Position numbers and translations under genes: made by a program. Below are positions 21,301 to 33,466 of a stretch of DNA of 64,000 nucleotides, piece by piece. The stretch is taken from positions 2,048,001 to 2,112,000 of the forward strand of contig OY970194.1 in NCBI GenBank assembly GCA_963708075.1, given 5' to 3'. The DNA comes from Sedimentisphaerales bacterium. Lineage in GTDB: Bacteria > Planctomycetota > Phycisphaerae > Sedimentisphaerales > Anaerobacaceae. A model generated the notes under the pieces. The model saw only the letters and a program-made list of their open reading frames with translations, had not been told where the DNA came from and ran no database searches. The number at the start of each line of letters is the position of its first letter. Position 1 is the first letter of the stretch.

Positions 21301-24199
21301 AAGCGGCCTTTGGAGTTATGGCATTTCGGGCGACGCGCCGCTCGTCCTGCTCCGCATCAGCGACACGGCGAAGATCGAGATCGTTCGGCAACTGATCCGG
21401 GCACACTCGTACTGGCGCATGAAGGGGCTGACCGTCGAACTGGTTATTTTGAACGAAGACGTTTCGGTCTACCACCAGTCCTTGCACGACCAAATCACCA
21501 GTCTGATTGCCTCAGGGATTGAAGCGCAGATGCTGGACAAGCCAGGAGGCATCTTCGTCCGGCGCCTCGAACAGATTCCCAACGATGATCGCGTGCTGCT
21601 GCAATCCGCGGCACGAATCGTTCTGGACGATGAGAAGGGAACTCTGGCGGAACAACTGGAACATCGAAGTGTTTGGGAACCCTCGGTCCCAGCCCTGACT
21701 CCCACCCGCTCCGGGTCTGCCGATTTGCCGACGCCGCTCGCTGAACGCGAGTTGATTTTTCCGAATGGCTTTGGCGGCTTTACCCGTGACGGCCATGAGT
21801 ATGTCATCACCCTCCAGCACGATCAGATGACGCCGGTGCCGTGGGTCAATGTGCTGGCCAATCCTTATTTCGGGACGGTTATTTCCGAGAGCGGCGCTGC
21901 TTACACCTGGGTTGAGAACTCCCATGAGTTTCGACTGACGCCCTGGAGCAACGATCCCGTCCAGGATACCACGGGCGAGGCTTTCTACATTCGCGATGAG
22001 CAGACCGGACAGTTTTGGTCGCCCACGCCGTTGCCCGCGCGCGGCACAACGCCCTATGTCATTCGCCATGGCTTTGGCTACACCGTGTTCGAGCATACCG
22101 AAAACGGCATCGCCTCCGAGTTGTGGGTCTATGTGGCGATGGATGCCCCGGTGAAATTCACGGTTTTGAAATTGCGCAACGTCTCGGGACGTCCACGTCG
22201 CTTGTCCGTCACCGGTTACTGGGAATGGGTGTTGGGCGACTTGAGGCATAAAAGCCTGCTGCACGTGCAAACCGAAGTGGACCTCAAGACCGGCGCGTTG
22301 CTGGCGCGCAATTACTACAATACCGAATTCCCCGATCGCATCGTGTTCCTTGACGTGAACGATGCAACACGTACTCTCACCGGAGATCGGAAAGAGTTCA
22401 TTGGGCGAAACGGAAGCCTCTCGCAGCCGGCGGCACTGAAGCGCGCGCGCCTTTCCGGAAAAGTCGGTGCGGGGCTGGATCCGTGCGGCGCGATGCAAGT
22501 CGCCTTTCATTTGCAGGATGGGCAGGAACGGGAAACGAGTTTTCGCCTCGGGGTTGGTCGCAACGCAGATGAGGTGCAGAACCTGATCCAACGTTTTCGC
22601 CGTGCAGACGCCAGCCGCCTTGCGCTCGAAGGGGTCTGGTCCCATTGGAATCGAACCCTTGGCGCGGTGAACGTGGATACACCCGATCCCGCCGTGAATG
22701 TGATGGCGAACGGCTGGCTGTTGTATCAGACCTTGAGCTGCCGACTCTGGGGCCGGACGGGGTTCTATCAATCCGGCGGCGCCTACGGATTCCGTGACCA
22801 GTTACAGGACGTGATGGCGCTGGTGCATGCCGAACCGGCGCTGACCCGCGAGCATTTGCTCCGTGCCGCCGCGCGTCAATTCCGAGAAGGCGATGTGCAA
22901 CATTGGTGGCATCCCCCGGCGGGACGCGGCGTGCGGACGCATTTTTCCGATGACTATCTGTGGTTGCCTTACGTGACCTGCCGTTACGTTTCGTGCGTCG
23001 CGGACACCGGCGTCCTCGACGAAAAGATTCCCTTCCTGGAAGCCCGACCGGTCAAGCCGGAGGAGGAAGCTTACTATGATTTGCCGAATCGCTCCGAGGA
23101 GTCGGCCACGCTTTACCAACATTGCGTGCGCGCCATCGAGCGCGGACTGAAATTCGGCGAACACGGTCTGCCGCTGATTGGTTGCGGCGACTGGAATGAT
23201 GGCATGAATCGAGTGGGAAACCAGGGACGCGGTGAAAGCGTCTGGCTGGCTTTCTTTCTTTACGACGTGCTCACCCAGTTTGCCCAATTGGCGAGCGCAC
23301 ACCACGATCCCGCTTTTGCCGAACGCTGCCTCGCGCAAGCGCGGCAACTGCAACAGAACATCGAGCAACATGCCTGGGATGGCCAATGGTATCGCCGCGC
23401 CTACTTCGACAATGGAGAACCGCTCGGCTCCCAGACCAATCCGGAATGTCAGATCGATTCCCTGCCGCAAAGCTGGTCGGTGATTAGCGGCGCCGGCGAT
23501 CCGCCCCGCTCGCGCCAGGCGATGCAATCCGTGGATCAGCATCTGGTCCGCCGCGACGCCGGACTGATTCAACTGTTTGATCCGCCCTTCGACAAATCTC
23601 CGCTCAATCCCGGCTACATCAAAGGTTACATTCCTGGCGTGCGCGAGAACGGCGGCCAATACACCCACGGCGCGATTTGGACCGCCATGGCCTTCGCTCT
23701 CATGGGAGAAGACGAACGCGCGTGGGAGTTGTTTGCGCTGCTCAATCCCATCCATCACGGCGGGACGCCCGAACAAATTTCCACCTACAAAGTTGAGCCC
23801 TATGTCATCGCCGCGGACGTGTATGCGGTAGCGCCGCACACGGGCCGGGGCGGATGGACCTGGTACACTGGATCTGCCGGCTGGATGTATCGGCTGCTCG
23901 TCGAAACGCTGCTGGGCGTGAACCTCGCGGGAGATCAACTGCGTCTGACCCCCCGTCTTCCGAAAAGCTGGACGACCTACAAAATCCACTACCGCTACCG
24001 GCAAACTGTTTATCACATCACCATCACCCGGCTCGTCGTTGATTCGGCCGACGCGAATCAACTCTTTCTCGACGGAGAAGAACTTGCCGTGAAAGCGGTC
24101 CCCTTAGTGGACGACCGCCGTGAGCATTCCGTCGAATTGAAAGTCTGGAGTCCGGTGAACGCCCCCGAAAACCGGAGCGTTCTTCCAACTGCGGTTTGA
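15389..24199 (+). CDS. ndvB: Cyclic beta-1,2-glucan synthase (Cgs/ChvB/NdvB type; GT84 plus C-terminal GH94 phosphorylase); broken by about 5 single-base frameshifts
   Basis: Motifs PLRAELFS, AEWLLDNFYLIEEQ, WMGYERKRGKL, YVITLDTDT, LSHDLLE, RWIRGDWQ, LPPDNFQE, SWSGSMFEYLMP, FYQSGGAYGFRDQLQD, GDWNDGMN and RENGGQYTH are present. Shifts occur at about 15640, 16423, 16733, 19935 and 19960. Confidence 0.92.
19114..19195. repeat. Degenerate palindromic (REP-like) element inside the cgs coding sequence
   Basis: The left arm gtagcagccagcgtgaggaggttc (19114-19137) is complementary to gagcctcttcacatcggcggccgc (19172-19195): 16/24 Watson-Crick pairs plus 4 G-U pairs. It is read in frame as ...SSQREEVP...KSLFTSAAA... 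Confidence 0.6.
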
Positions 24200-24442
24200 G
24201 TACGCTCACCCTCGTTTGTGCAAAACGCGGGTAAAGCATGTGACCATTCAAGCTGCCATCAGCCAAGGTCCTCTGCCACGAAATCCCAGCTAATCAGTCA
24301 GTGATAGTGGATTGGTGCCTCGCCAACAGAGGGTCGAGCATCCCTGATGGCGGAACTACAGCGGATGCTGCCCGGGTGGTGGAGTGCAAACTCGGGGTCC
24401 CTTATGGAAAATGAGTTGACCAGCTTGTCGCGGCGATAGGGA

Positions 24443-24471
24443 AGGGGCTGCACGCTTGCCGCACAGCCCCT
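24443..24471 (-). terminator. Hairpin / probable terminator after the Ig-repeat surface protein gene
   Basis: The minus strand reads aggggctgtgcg-gcaag-cgtgcagcccct, the same stem as at 12566. Confidence 0.55.
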
Positions 24472-24522
24472 GTTCTGTACAACTCTTGTTGCTTGTCAGG
24501 GCACGTGGCCTGGCTCCGTCAT

Positions 24523-27500
24523 TTACTCCTGGAGCTCGAATTCAAGATTGTCGCTGATCAGGACGGTACTGTTCACCACGAGCTTGTCCCCATCCCAGAC
24601 GATCTTGTTGATGTACACAGACCACGCGTAGACACCCGGGGCCCAGTCGCCAGGCGCTGCCGCATAGGCCCAGGTAGCCATTCCGAGATCATCCGTGTAG
24701 AGCAAACCCATGTACATGGAGGGCCCGGCGGTGCTCACGACGAGGGGCGTGATGCCGTTCTTATCGAAATACACCCTGTACGGCGTGTTGGGTAGCAGCC
24801 CTCGCACGTGGATGTCGACAGTCACGTATCTGGCGCCCGATTCCTGCCACAGCTCGAATGTGCCCTTGGCGCCCATGCTGTCGGCTTCTTCGCTGTGGTC
24901 GTTGTCGTACTTGCTGGCCGGGAAGATGTCCCGCGCTGGGTGCAGCAGACCCGTGTTCACGAGGACTTGCGGACGAGATTTACTCGCCTGTGGAGTGCCT
25001 CCGTAAAGGCCCGCGTTGGCACGACTGCCGTGGGCCTGCAGCTCCCGCAGCCAAACGGATTCAGGATGGCCTGCATCGATGCCTGGACTGTCCACTTCAT
25101 CAAGCAGCCATGCCCCGACCCTGGTGTTCAGCCGGCCGTGGCTGCTGCGCAGGTGATAATCGCCCGGCACCCAGAGGTCGTCAGTGAGATCGTCGCGAGT
25201 GCCCTGGTCGTCCCAGCGTCCGGGATCCGCAAAGTGCGGGGACAGGTCAAGGATGCCGGCGCCCGGCCATCCTCCCTCGATGTCGCCGTAATATACCCTG
25301 GGCGCGACGCCCGATAGCACAGCCATTGCCGGTCCGTCATTGCCCCACACGATCGTGTTGAGCACCCGGACGTTGGGAGAGTCCACAAACCAGAACACCG
25401 CGCTGCCGGGGCCGGTCCTGTTGCCCGTGAGTGTGCAATTGATGAACTTGGTCTCACTGGCCATGCACGCCACGGTCGCCCCCAGATCCCCCAGACTCAT
25501 GTTGCCGCACACAGCGCAATGGGAAATCAGTGCGCCGGAGCCATTGCAGCTCACCGTCGGCCTGTTAGGCTCCCTGTTCCCCAGGATTGTGAAGCCGCTC
25601 AACAGACAGTTGTGGCCCTCGCCGCTGGTCATTCGTACGACCGGGCCAAATCCCAGGGAGTCGATGATGGATGGGCCAAGGATATTGGGATCGACAAGCC
25701 ACTGAGCGGTCACTGTGATCGCCTTGCCCGACAAGTCGATAATCTCGGTGTAGCGACCATCATGGACAAGCACCAGTGCTCCGTCGGTGGCGAAGTCGAT
25801 ACCTTCCTGAATGGAATCGAAGGGACGCTGCGGCGTTCCACACTCAAGAGGATCGCTGATGGAGATGTCATTCGGTCCCGGATCAGAGAGAGCATTGTCG
25901 TCCACGTGGATGATGTCCGACCAGACCGGCATGACGGTGCACGTGTCAACAATCAGCGTATCCACCACGATCCGGCCGCGAATGTTGAACGTGACGATCT
26001 CCACGCCCGGGGACAGTTCCCACGTATACGTGCTGTGATGCCATCCATCATCCAGTGTGAATTCCTGGACGAGATGCGGCGGGGCCAGCGGGGTCGGCTC
26101 CACATTCTCCAGCACCGGCTCGTAGGGCATCCCCTCCGTGAAGATCTCGCTGACGATCCCCTCCGCCGGATGCCAGGTCATCTGCACCGACACTCTCGTC
26201 CTCATGTATCCCGACACCCACACGTGGACCGACGGACAAAGCCCATCGGGAAGCAACAGGCCGGAGCGATCCGAACCCCACAGGACGTCGGTTGGCCACC
26301 ACCGTTCATTCGCCACGGGCAGAGTGTCCTCCGCAAGCGACGTTCCAGGCAGAGGCGGCCGCCCGTCCGGTGAGACTCCGGTGATATCGTAAACATGTTT
26401 CAGGGCCGCATCGAGTTCATGAGCCGGCCCTCCGAGGACCCAGTACTGCGAGGTGCTGAACTCCGTGCATCGGCAGGATGCCGGGCCTCGATCGTCGGGC
26501 AGCACGGCAGTCTTCTTCAGAAACGCCGCTGTCAGTGTATCGTCGCCGTCCACAAAGACCGTCGTGTTCGGCAGGTTGATATCCTGGATCTTGGCCGCCG
26601 CAGTGCCTTGCCAGCACCAGAAGTAGTAATTCGGGTCCGTCACTACCGCGGACACAACTACGTCGCCCGGCGTCGGGTAGAAGAACTCCCCAATCCCTGG
26701 CATGACCACAGTGCCTCCTTCCGTGGACGAGAACCGTGAGCCTTGCCGGAGTCGTGAATTCCACGGGTGCACCCCTGGCAAAGCCCGAGGAATTCCTGGC
26801 AAACGCAAAGTAGCGATAGGTTGTTGCAGGTTTCAGGCCGGTGACAAGTGTTCTAAAGTGATCTCCGGTTCGCACGTTGCCCAGCGGCGCCGTTTTCAGC
26901 ACGTCCGTGCTTGCGAGTTGCCAGTACTGGAAACTCGCCTCGCAAGGCCCTTCCCCTTCGTCGGCGAGCAAACCATGCAGCACAGCCGACACGGGCGTGA
27001 TCTCCTCGGCGGCATATGTTATCACATCTATCCAATCTCCGACAGCCATGACAGTGACAGTCACTGTCGCCGTACCCGTGCCTCCGTGGCCATCGCTGAC
27101 CGTATACGTGAAGCTGTCCGGACCGTTGAACCCGGGGGCCGGCGTATAAGTGATCGTGCCATCGATGTTAACCTCTACAGTGCCGTTTGCCGCCGCGGAA
27201 GTCCCGACGATCATCAACGCGTCTCCATCCACGTCTGTGTCGTTGATCAGGACGTCGACCGTGACCGGGGAATCCTCCTGGGTTGAAGCGGCATCGTCCA
27301 ACGCCACCGGCGGATCGTTGACCGCACCGACCATCACAGTCACCGTCGCCGTGTCCATGCCTCCATGGCCATCGCTGACGGTGTACGTGAAGCTATCCGA
27401 GCCATGGAAGTTGGCATTCGGCACATAGCTCACATCGGAGCCATTGTTGACAACCGTGCCGTGGGTTCCCTGCGTGACTGAAGTGACCGTCAGGATATCC

Positions 27501-30500
27501 CCGTCTGGATCTGTATCGTTCGCCAAGACATCGACCGGGACCGGCGTATCTTCATTGGTTGAGGTAACATCATCCATCGCCGCCGGCGGATCACTGACCG
27601 AATTGACCGTCACGGTCACGGTCGCGGTGTCTGTGCCTCCATGGCCGTCGCTGATCGTGTATGTGAGACTGTCTGAGCCGTGGAAGTTGGCGTTGGGCGT
27701 GTAGCGCACATTAGAGCCGTTGTTGACGACTGTGCCATGACTCCCTTGCGTCACCGAAGCTACCGTTAAGGTATCCCCGTCAGAATCTGTGTCATTCGCC
27801 AGGACGCTGATTGTGATTGCGGTATCCTCATTGGTCGCGATGGCGTCATCCACTGCCACCGGCGGGTCATTGACTGAACCGATCGTCACGATCACGGTCG
27901 CGGTATCTGTGCCTCCATGGCCGTCGCTGATCGCGTATGTGAAACTGTCTGAGCCATGGAAGTTGGCGCTGGGCGTGTAGCGCACATTAGAGCCGTTGTT
28001 GACGACTGTGCCATGACTCCCTTGCGTCACCGAAGCTACCGTTAAGGTATCCCCGTCTGCGTCTGTGTCATTCGCCAGGACGCTGATTGTGACTGCGGTA
28101 TCCTCATTGGTCGAGATGGCGTCATCCACTGCCACCGGCGGGTCATTGACTGAACCGATCGTCACGATCACGGTCGCGGTGTCTGTGCCTCCATGGCCGT
28201 CGCTGATCGTGTATGTGAAACTGTCTGAGCCATGGAAGTTGGCGCTGGGCGTGTAGCTGACATTGGAGCCGTTGTTGACGACCGCCCCGTGGCTCCCCTG
28301 CGTCACCGAAGCAACCGTCAGGGTATCCCCGTCCACATCGGTATCATTTGCCAGGACGTTCACCGGGACCGGTGTATCCTCATCGGTCGAGGTGGTGTCA
28401 TCCACTGCCACCGGCGGGTCGTTGGCTGAACCAACCGTCACGGTCACGGTCGCGGTGTCTGTGCCTCCATGGCCGTCGCTGATCGTGTATGTGAAACTGT
28501 CTGAGCCATGGAAGTTGGCGCTGGGCGTATAGCTGACACTGGAGCCGTTGTTGACGACCGCCCCGTGGCTCCCCTGCGTCACCGAAGCAACCGTCAGGGT
28601 ATCCCCGTCCACATCGGTATCATTTGCCAGGACGTTCACCGGGACCGGTGTATCCTCATCGGTCGAGGTGGTGTCATCCACCGCCTCTGGTGGGTCGTTG
28701 GCTGAACCAACCGTCACGGTCACTGTTGCGGTGTCTGTGCCTCCATGGCCGTCGCTGATCGTGTATGTGAAACTGTCTGAGCCATGGAAGTTGGCGCTGG
28801 GCGTGTAGCTGACATTGGAGCCGTTGTTGACGACCGCCCCGTGGCTCCCCTGCGTCACCGAAGCAACCGTCAGGGTATCCCCGTCCACATCGGTATCATT
28901 TGCCAGGACGTTCACCGGGACCGGTGTATCCTCATCGGTCGAGGTGGTGTCATCCACCGCCTCTGGTGGGTCGTTGGCTGAACCAACCGTCACGGTCACT
29001 GTTGCGGTGTCTGTGCCGCCATGGCCGTCGCTGATCGTGTATGTGAAACTGTCTGAGCCGTGGAAGTTGGCGCTGGGCGTATAGCTGACATTGGAGCCGT
29101 TGTTGACGACTGTGCCATGACTCCCTTGCGTCACCGAAGCTACCGTTAAGGTATCCCCGTCAGAATCGGTGTCATTCGCCAGGACGTTCACCGGGACCGG
29201 TGTATCCTCATCGGTCGAGGCGGCGTCATCCACTGCCACCGGCGGATCGTTGACCGAACCGACCGTCACGGTCACTGTCGCGGTGTCTGTGCCTCCATGG
29301 CCATCGTTGACTGTGTATGTGAAGCTGTCCGAGCCGTGGAAGTTGGCATTCGGCGTATAACGCACACTGGAGCCGTTGTTCACGACTGTGCCGCTGGTCC
29401 CCTGGGTGACTGAAGTCACTGTCAGGGTATCCCCGTCTACGTCTGTATCATTGGCCAGGACATCGATGGTGATCGGTGTATCCTCATTGGTCGAGGCGGC
29501 ATCATCCACTGCCACCGGAGGATCGTTGACCGAGCCAACTGTCACGGTCACTGTCGCGGTATCTGTGCCTCCGCAGCCATCACTGATCGTGTATGTGAAA
29601 CTGTCCGAGCCGTAGAAATTCGCAGCCGGGGTATACGTGATCGTGCCATCAGGGTTAACCACCGCCGTGCCGTGTGACGCGGCGGAAGCCCCGGTGACTG
29701 TCAACACGTCCTGGTTCAGGTCTGTATCGTTCGCCAGCACACTGATGATGATTGGAGTGTCCTCGGGCGTGCTCGCTGCGTCATCGTTCGCGACAGGCGG
29801 CAAGTTGGGGCGGGCTGCCACCCGCACGGTAGCCGTGTCGGAGGCGGTCAGGGCCTCGTAGTTGGCACCCGTTTGGCCGTTGTCGCCGGTAGCCGTCGCC
29901 GTGTTCACTATTGTGCCCGCGGTGCTCATGGTCACCGTAGCTGTACCGGTGGCGGTGCCGCTGGATGCCAGATCATCAGTCTGGCCATCGCTGTCCAGGT
30001 CCTGAAGACCCGTCAGGCTCACGGTGAAGTCGTCCGAGGTGTCTTCGGAAGTCCCGTTGTCGTCGCTCAAAGTGACATCATAGAGAACCGGCAGTACCGG
30101 CATTGCTGATCGTGTAGCAGTACTTGACGACGTCACCGGCGGTTACGTCAAGATCATCGCCGGCCCAAGAGCAACTGCCGCTCTCTGTTGTCACCTTCTT
30201 CACAATGTCAAGCAGAGGCTGCCCCGCGCCGACAATGTCCTGCACATTTTTGAACGGGATCGTCTGGGCGCCCGTACTGATCGTCGTAGCGCTGGGCAGG
30301 GCCGTTCCCGAAACCAGAACGGCCTGAAGGTTTCCCGTGGGCCGACTGTTCTGCTGACACTCGATTTGAACGTCGATGCGGAGGATTACGCTCTCCCCCA
30401 CTTCCAAGTCATCGACGTCGATCACCGCCACCAACTCGCTGCCGGAGGCGAAGACGGGCCCCGTCAGCGTGGCCGATACCAGATGGGCTGAACTCCCCCC

Positions 30501-31001
30501 GTCGTCCTGGATGCCGGAATCCAAGCCGTAGGATCCAAGTCCGGGATTCACTCCGGTCCCATCGTCACCATTCTCGACGGATCCATAGTTGATGCCGACC
30601 CCGACGATGCCGCTGAGAGCGACACCTGGCTGGCCCGTCGTGGTCGCCGCGAACCGCAATTCCAGGCGGGCAGTCTGGACCAGTTCGGTCGTCGTGGTCT
30701 TCATGTCGATTCTGACCAGATAGGTCACGATCTGCCCGCACGCGAATTGTGTCCCCTGAAGCTGGTGCACAATGTCGTCGTAGCCGCCGATACTCCCGTC
30801 GTTGAAGGCCCCGCCGCCTGTGCCTCGGCTGTAGGTGAATGGCGCTGCGGCGGCGAAGTCAATCGAAGTGAAGTCGCCGGCGACACCTGATGCCGCTTCT
30901 GCGCCAAGAAACAGTATGGCCAGGAAAAGAAGAACCCTCCGCCAGCCCCACAGCGCATGAACAGACACAATCGAAAGACTCGCTGCCACGATCTTCATCA
31001 C
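24523..31001 (-). CDS. Large (~2,150 aa) secreted surface protein/adhesin: DUF11-like domain, 10 cadherin-like Ig repeats, FN3-like, InlB-B-like repeat, parallel beta-helix; frameshifts at about 30090 and 26735
   Basis: Three overlapping minus-strand ORFs (30078..31001, 26417..30136, 24523..26808) rejoin by removing one base at each junction (NAGTA|VLYDVTL and LTV|SSTEGGTVV). There is a signal-like N-terminus, plus PFDSIQEGID and DYHLRSSHGR...DSPGIDAG motifs. Confidence 0.85.
27050..29810 (-). repeat. Ten tandem ~276-bp (92-aa) cadherin-like/Big_9-type Ig repeats
   Basis: The unit NDPPVAVDD..STxEDTP..VLANDTD.DGD.LTV..VTQG.HG.VVNNG..V.YTP.ANFHGSDSFTYTISDGHGGTDTATVTVTV recurs 10 times. The central units are nearly identical at the DNA level. 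Confidence 0.92.
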
Positions 31002-31191
31002 CCGTTCTCCACCAAGAGCCTGCGTATGCAGATAGACTCATCGCCGCTCATCCGTGGGCAGACATTGTCTTCCTCCCTCTGGCGCAATTATTTATTGTAC
31101 TGCCCAACAGCAGGCTCGTCAAGCGAAAAACGGCCATTACCCATCCGCCAACATTCGGGGTCGAGTCGCCAAGAGCGAGTTCGACCGTACG

Positions 31192-31578
31192 TCAGTCGTA
31201 CATGATCGTTGGCTCGCCTTCTTCGATTCGCGTGGAACGGCATTGGGGACAGCGAACCGGCGCGTCAAAGGTGTACTGCCCCTGGCATCCGCACTTGCCG
31301 GCAATGGTCTCGACTCCTCGGTGATATTCCTCTTCGGATAGCGGCTCAACCGACGCATGCTCTTGGATGTCCCGGTCCTGTTCTGCACTCGCAAGGCAGT
31401 AAGGACCCGAGAGTCCTTTCACATAGCGCACGTGAAGCTCGCCAAGTTCCTTGAAGCCTATGGCCTTCGTCTCGCCGCACTGGTCGCATCGGAGAAGGTG
31501 AAAGAAGAAACCTCCACCACAATCGACCGTGAAACTACTGCCGCAATCAAGGCACCTGGCCTGAACCTGATGTCCCAT
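31192..31578 (-). CDS. Small multi-Zn-ribbon hypothetical protein
   Basis: CLDC, CDQC, CGC and CPQC motifs, with GGGFFFHLLRC. The start was placed at MGHQVQ after a GAGG RBS. Confidence 0.75.
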   Translation of the reverse strand: MGHQVQARCLDCGSSFTVDCGGGFFFHLLRCDQCGETKAIGFKELGELHVRYVKGLSGPYCLASAEQDRDIQEHASVEPLSEEEYHRGVETIAGKCGCQGQYTFDAPVRCPQCRSTRIEEGEPTIMYD

Positions 31579-31931
31579 CGCAACCTCGACTCGCCTGATG
31601 ACCAAAGAACTCCTCGTTTACGCCCGTGGGCACGCAACCGCGTCGAATTCAAGGGAAACAGACAGCCTCGAATCGGCTTTCGTTTGAACCTGCCGGCTAT
31701 GCTATCCCCCGGGTGTCCGACGCACAAGGACCGCTCACAGAAAAGTGATCGCCGAATGGGGGTGGCGCCCGGCAACCGCTATATCTTATCTGCACCGTTG
31801 CTCTCCGGATGGCATCCTGATATCGTAATGATATACTGCAGGTAAGGGTCCTGTTTACGGAGTCACACGAATGCGTTGACACGTGACCGGGATGACAACA
31901 AGTCGATGTGATTTGTGACTGGAGCACGAGC

Positions 31932-33350
31932 ATGGCCATTCTCGCAGAGACGTGTCCCCAATGCGGCGGATCTATCCCCTCCGGGCACGGCGACCACGTG
32001 ACATGTCAGTATTGCGGCTCCTCGCTCGTCCGCTTGCAGCCCCCGCCGGCACCCCAGGCGGGCCCCGCTGCCACCGACACGCGCGACCCTCCCGAACGCG
32101 CCGCCGCCGGAGCCTGGGGTGTCCGCATGAAGCGCGCCGCCTGTACGGACGCCAAGAGCGGGCTCATTGCCTTTCAATTTCTCATCCCCGCGGACTGGGA
32201 GTTCACCAGCGATATCTGGTGGCGTGACAGTGCCACCATGCCCGCGATTCCATCCTTCCATGCCTGGAATCCGCGCGGACCCGAACAGATCGAGTGGCTG
32301 CCGACCATTCCCAATGTATGGCGAAAGAACATCCTGACGGAGGCTCTGAGCCAATGGGGGCCAAAGTCCCATTTCTTCAAAGAAGACGGCATCGAGCAGC
32401 GCGCGCCGATGACCGCGCCGGAAGTGCTCCGCAGCCTGGTCGTTCCGCGATATCGGGGGCAACTTGAAGGCCAGGCCGAAAGACCGACACGCTCCGCCGC
32501 AGGCTTGCTGTCCAGGCTTATCGGCGAAGAGAAGTTCCAGCAGCGCATGGAAGTGCTCCGACAGATTCCCGGCATCGAGTCTGTCAAGAACTGCTTCCAG
32601 AGCCTGCTGTCGCCCCGCTACAAGCCCTACGGTGTGGCCGTGCGCATCGTCGCCGAGGAGCCCTTGCCGAAGCTGGCCGAATCTTTGCGGGGAGGCGAAG
32701 AGGATGCATTCAATCCGCTGTCCTCGGACGGCGCCCGAATTCGCATCAGCTATACCCTGGATGGCAAGCCGATGGAGGAGGACATCTTCTGCGTCGTCTC
32801 CAAAGTCGTCACGCAGACAGGCTCCAGGCTCTCGGCGCAGGAGAACATTTTCTGGACGGCCGAGGCCCTTTACGCGTTTCGCGCCGCGGCGGGACATCTC
32901 GACGCCGTCGGTCAGGCGTGCATGGCGTCGGTCAAATCCTTCAAGATCAACCCGCAATGGGTCCAGGCCTGTCGCGCCGAGAGTCAGAGAATACTGAACG
33001 AGCGGGCGATGTTCGCGAAGATGATGGCCCAGATGGCGGCCAACCAGCGCCGGAGCCTGCAGCGGCTGGGCGATTTGTCCCGCTCGATCAGCGACGCCAG
33101 CGACAGCATCATGGACGGCTACTTCGAGCGATCGGCGGCGTATGATCGGATGGGCGAGAAATACAGTGAGGCCATCCGAGGTGTGGATTCGTATGTCGAC
33201 CCGACCTCGGACTTCCGCCCCGAACTGCCCGGCGGCTATGATCACGCCTGGACCAACGGCCTGGGCGAATACATCGTCTCGAACGACCATCTGTTCGACC
33301 CGAACCTGAACTCGACGATGGACTGGCGACAGATGGAGAGGCAATTTTAA
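31932..33350 (+). CDS. Zn-ribbon-containing hypothetical protein with C-terminal helical region
   Basis: N-terminal CPQCGG...CQYCGS zinc ribbon in a long ORF with coding-like codon bias and a GGAG RBS. Confidence 0.75.
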   Translation: MAILAETCPQCGGSIPSGHGDHVTCQYCGSSLVRLQPPPAPQAGPAATDTRDPPERAAAGAWGVRMKRAACTDAKSGLIAFQFLIPADWEFTSDIWWRDSATMPAIPSFHAWNPRGPEQIEWLPTIPNVWRKNILTEALSQWGPKSHFFKEDGIEQRAPMTAPEVLRSLVVPRYRGQLEGQAERPTRSAAGLLSRLIGEEKFQQRMEVLRQIPGIESVKNCFQSLLSPRYKPYGVAVRIVAEEPLPKLAESLRGGEEDAFNPLSSDGARIRISYTLDGKPMEEDIFCVVSKVVTQTGSRLSAQENIFWTAEALYAFRAAAGHLDAVGQACMASVKSFKINPQWVQACRAESQRILNERAMFAKMMAQMAANQRRSLQRLGDLSRSISDASDSIMDGYFERSAAYDRMGEKYSEAIRGVDSYVDPTSDFRPELPGGYDHAWTNGLGEYIVSNDHLFDPNLNSTMDWRQMERQF

Positions 33351-33466
33351 GAACGACGGCCTGTGCCGAGCGACAGGCCTGCCGGCAGCATTTGAGGCTG
33401 GCGGGACGCGCGTACTGCCCAGAGGTGGAGAGAACGAAGTTGTGAACGTCCTGTTCGGAGATAGCC

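Noticed and set aside
15529..24061. Long minus-strand ORFs (292-453 aa) opposite cgs, and similar ones at 31863..33473, 55852..57399 and 59026..60450
   Set aside because: These are antisense shadows of high-GC genes and contain no recognisable motifs.
27050..29810. Regular repeats as a possible CRISPR array
   Set aside because: The units are 276-bp in-frame coding repeats with no unique spacers, and no cas genes are present.
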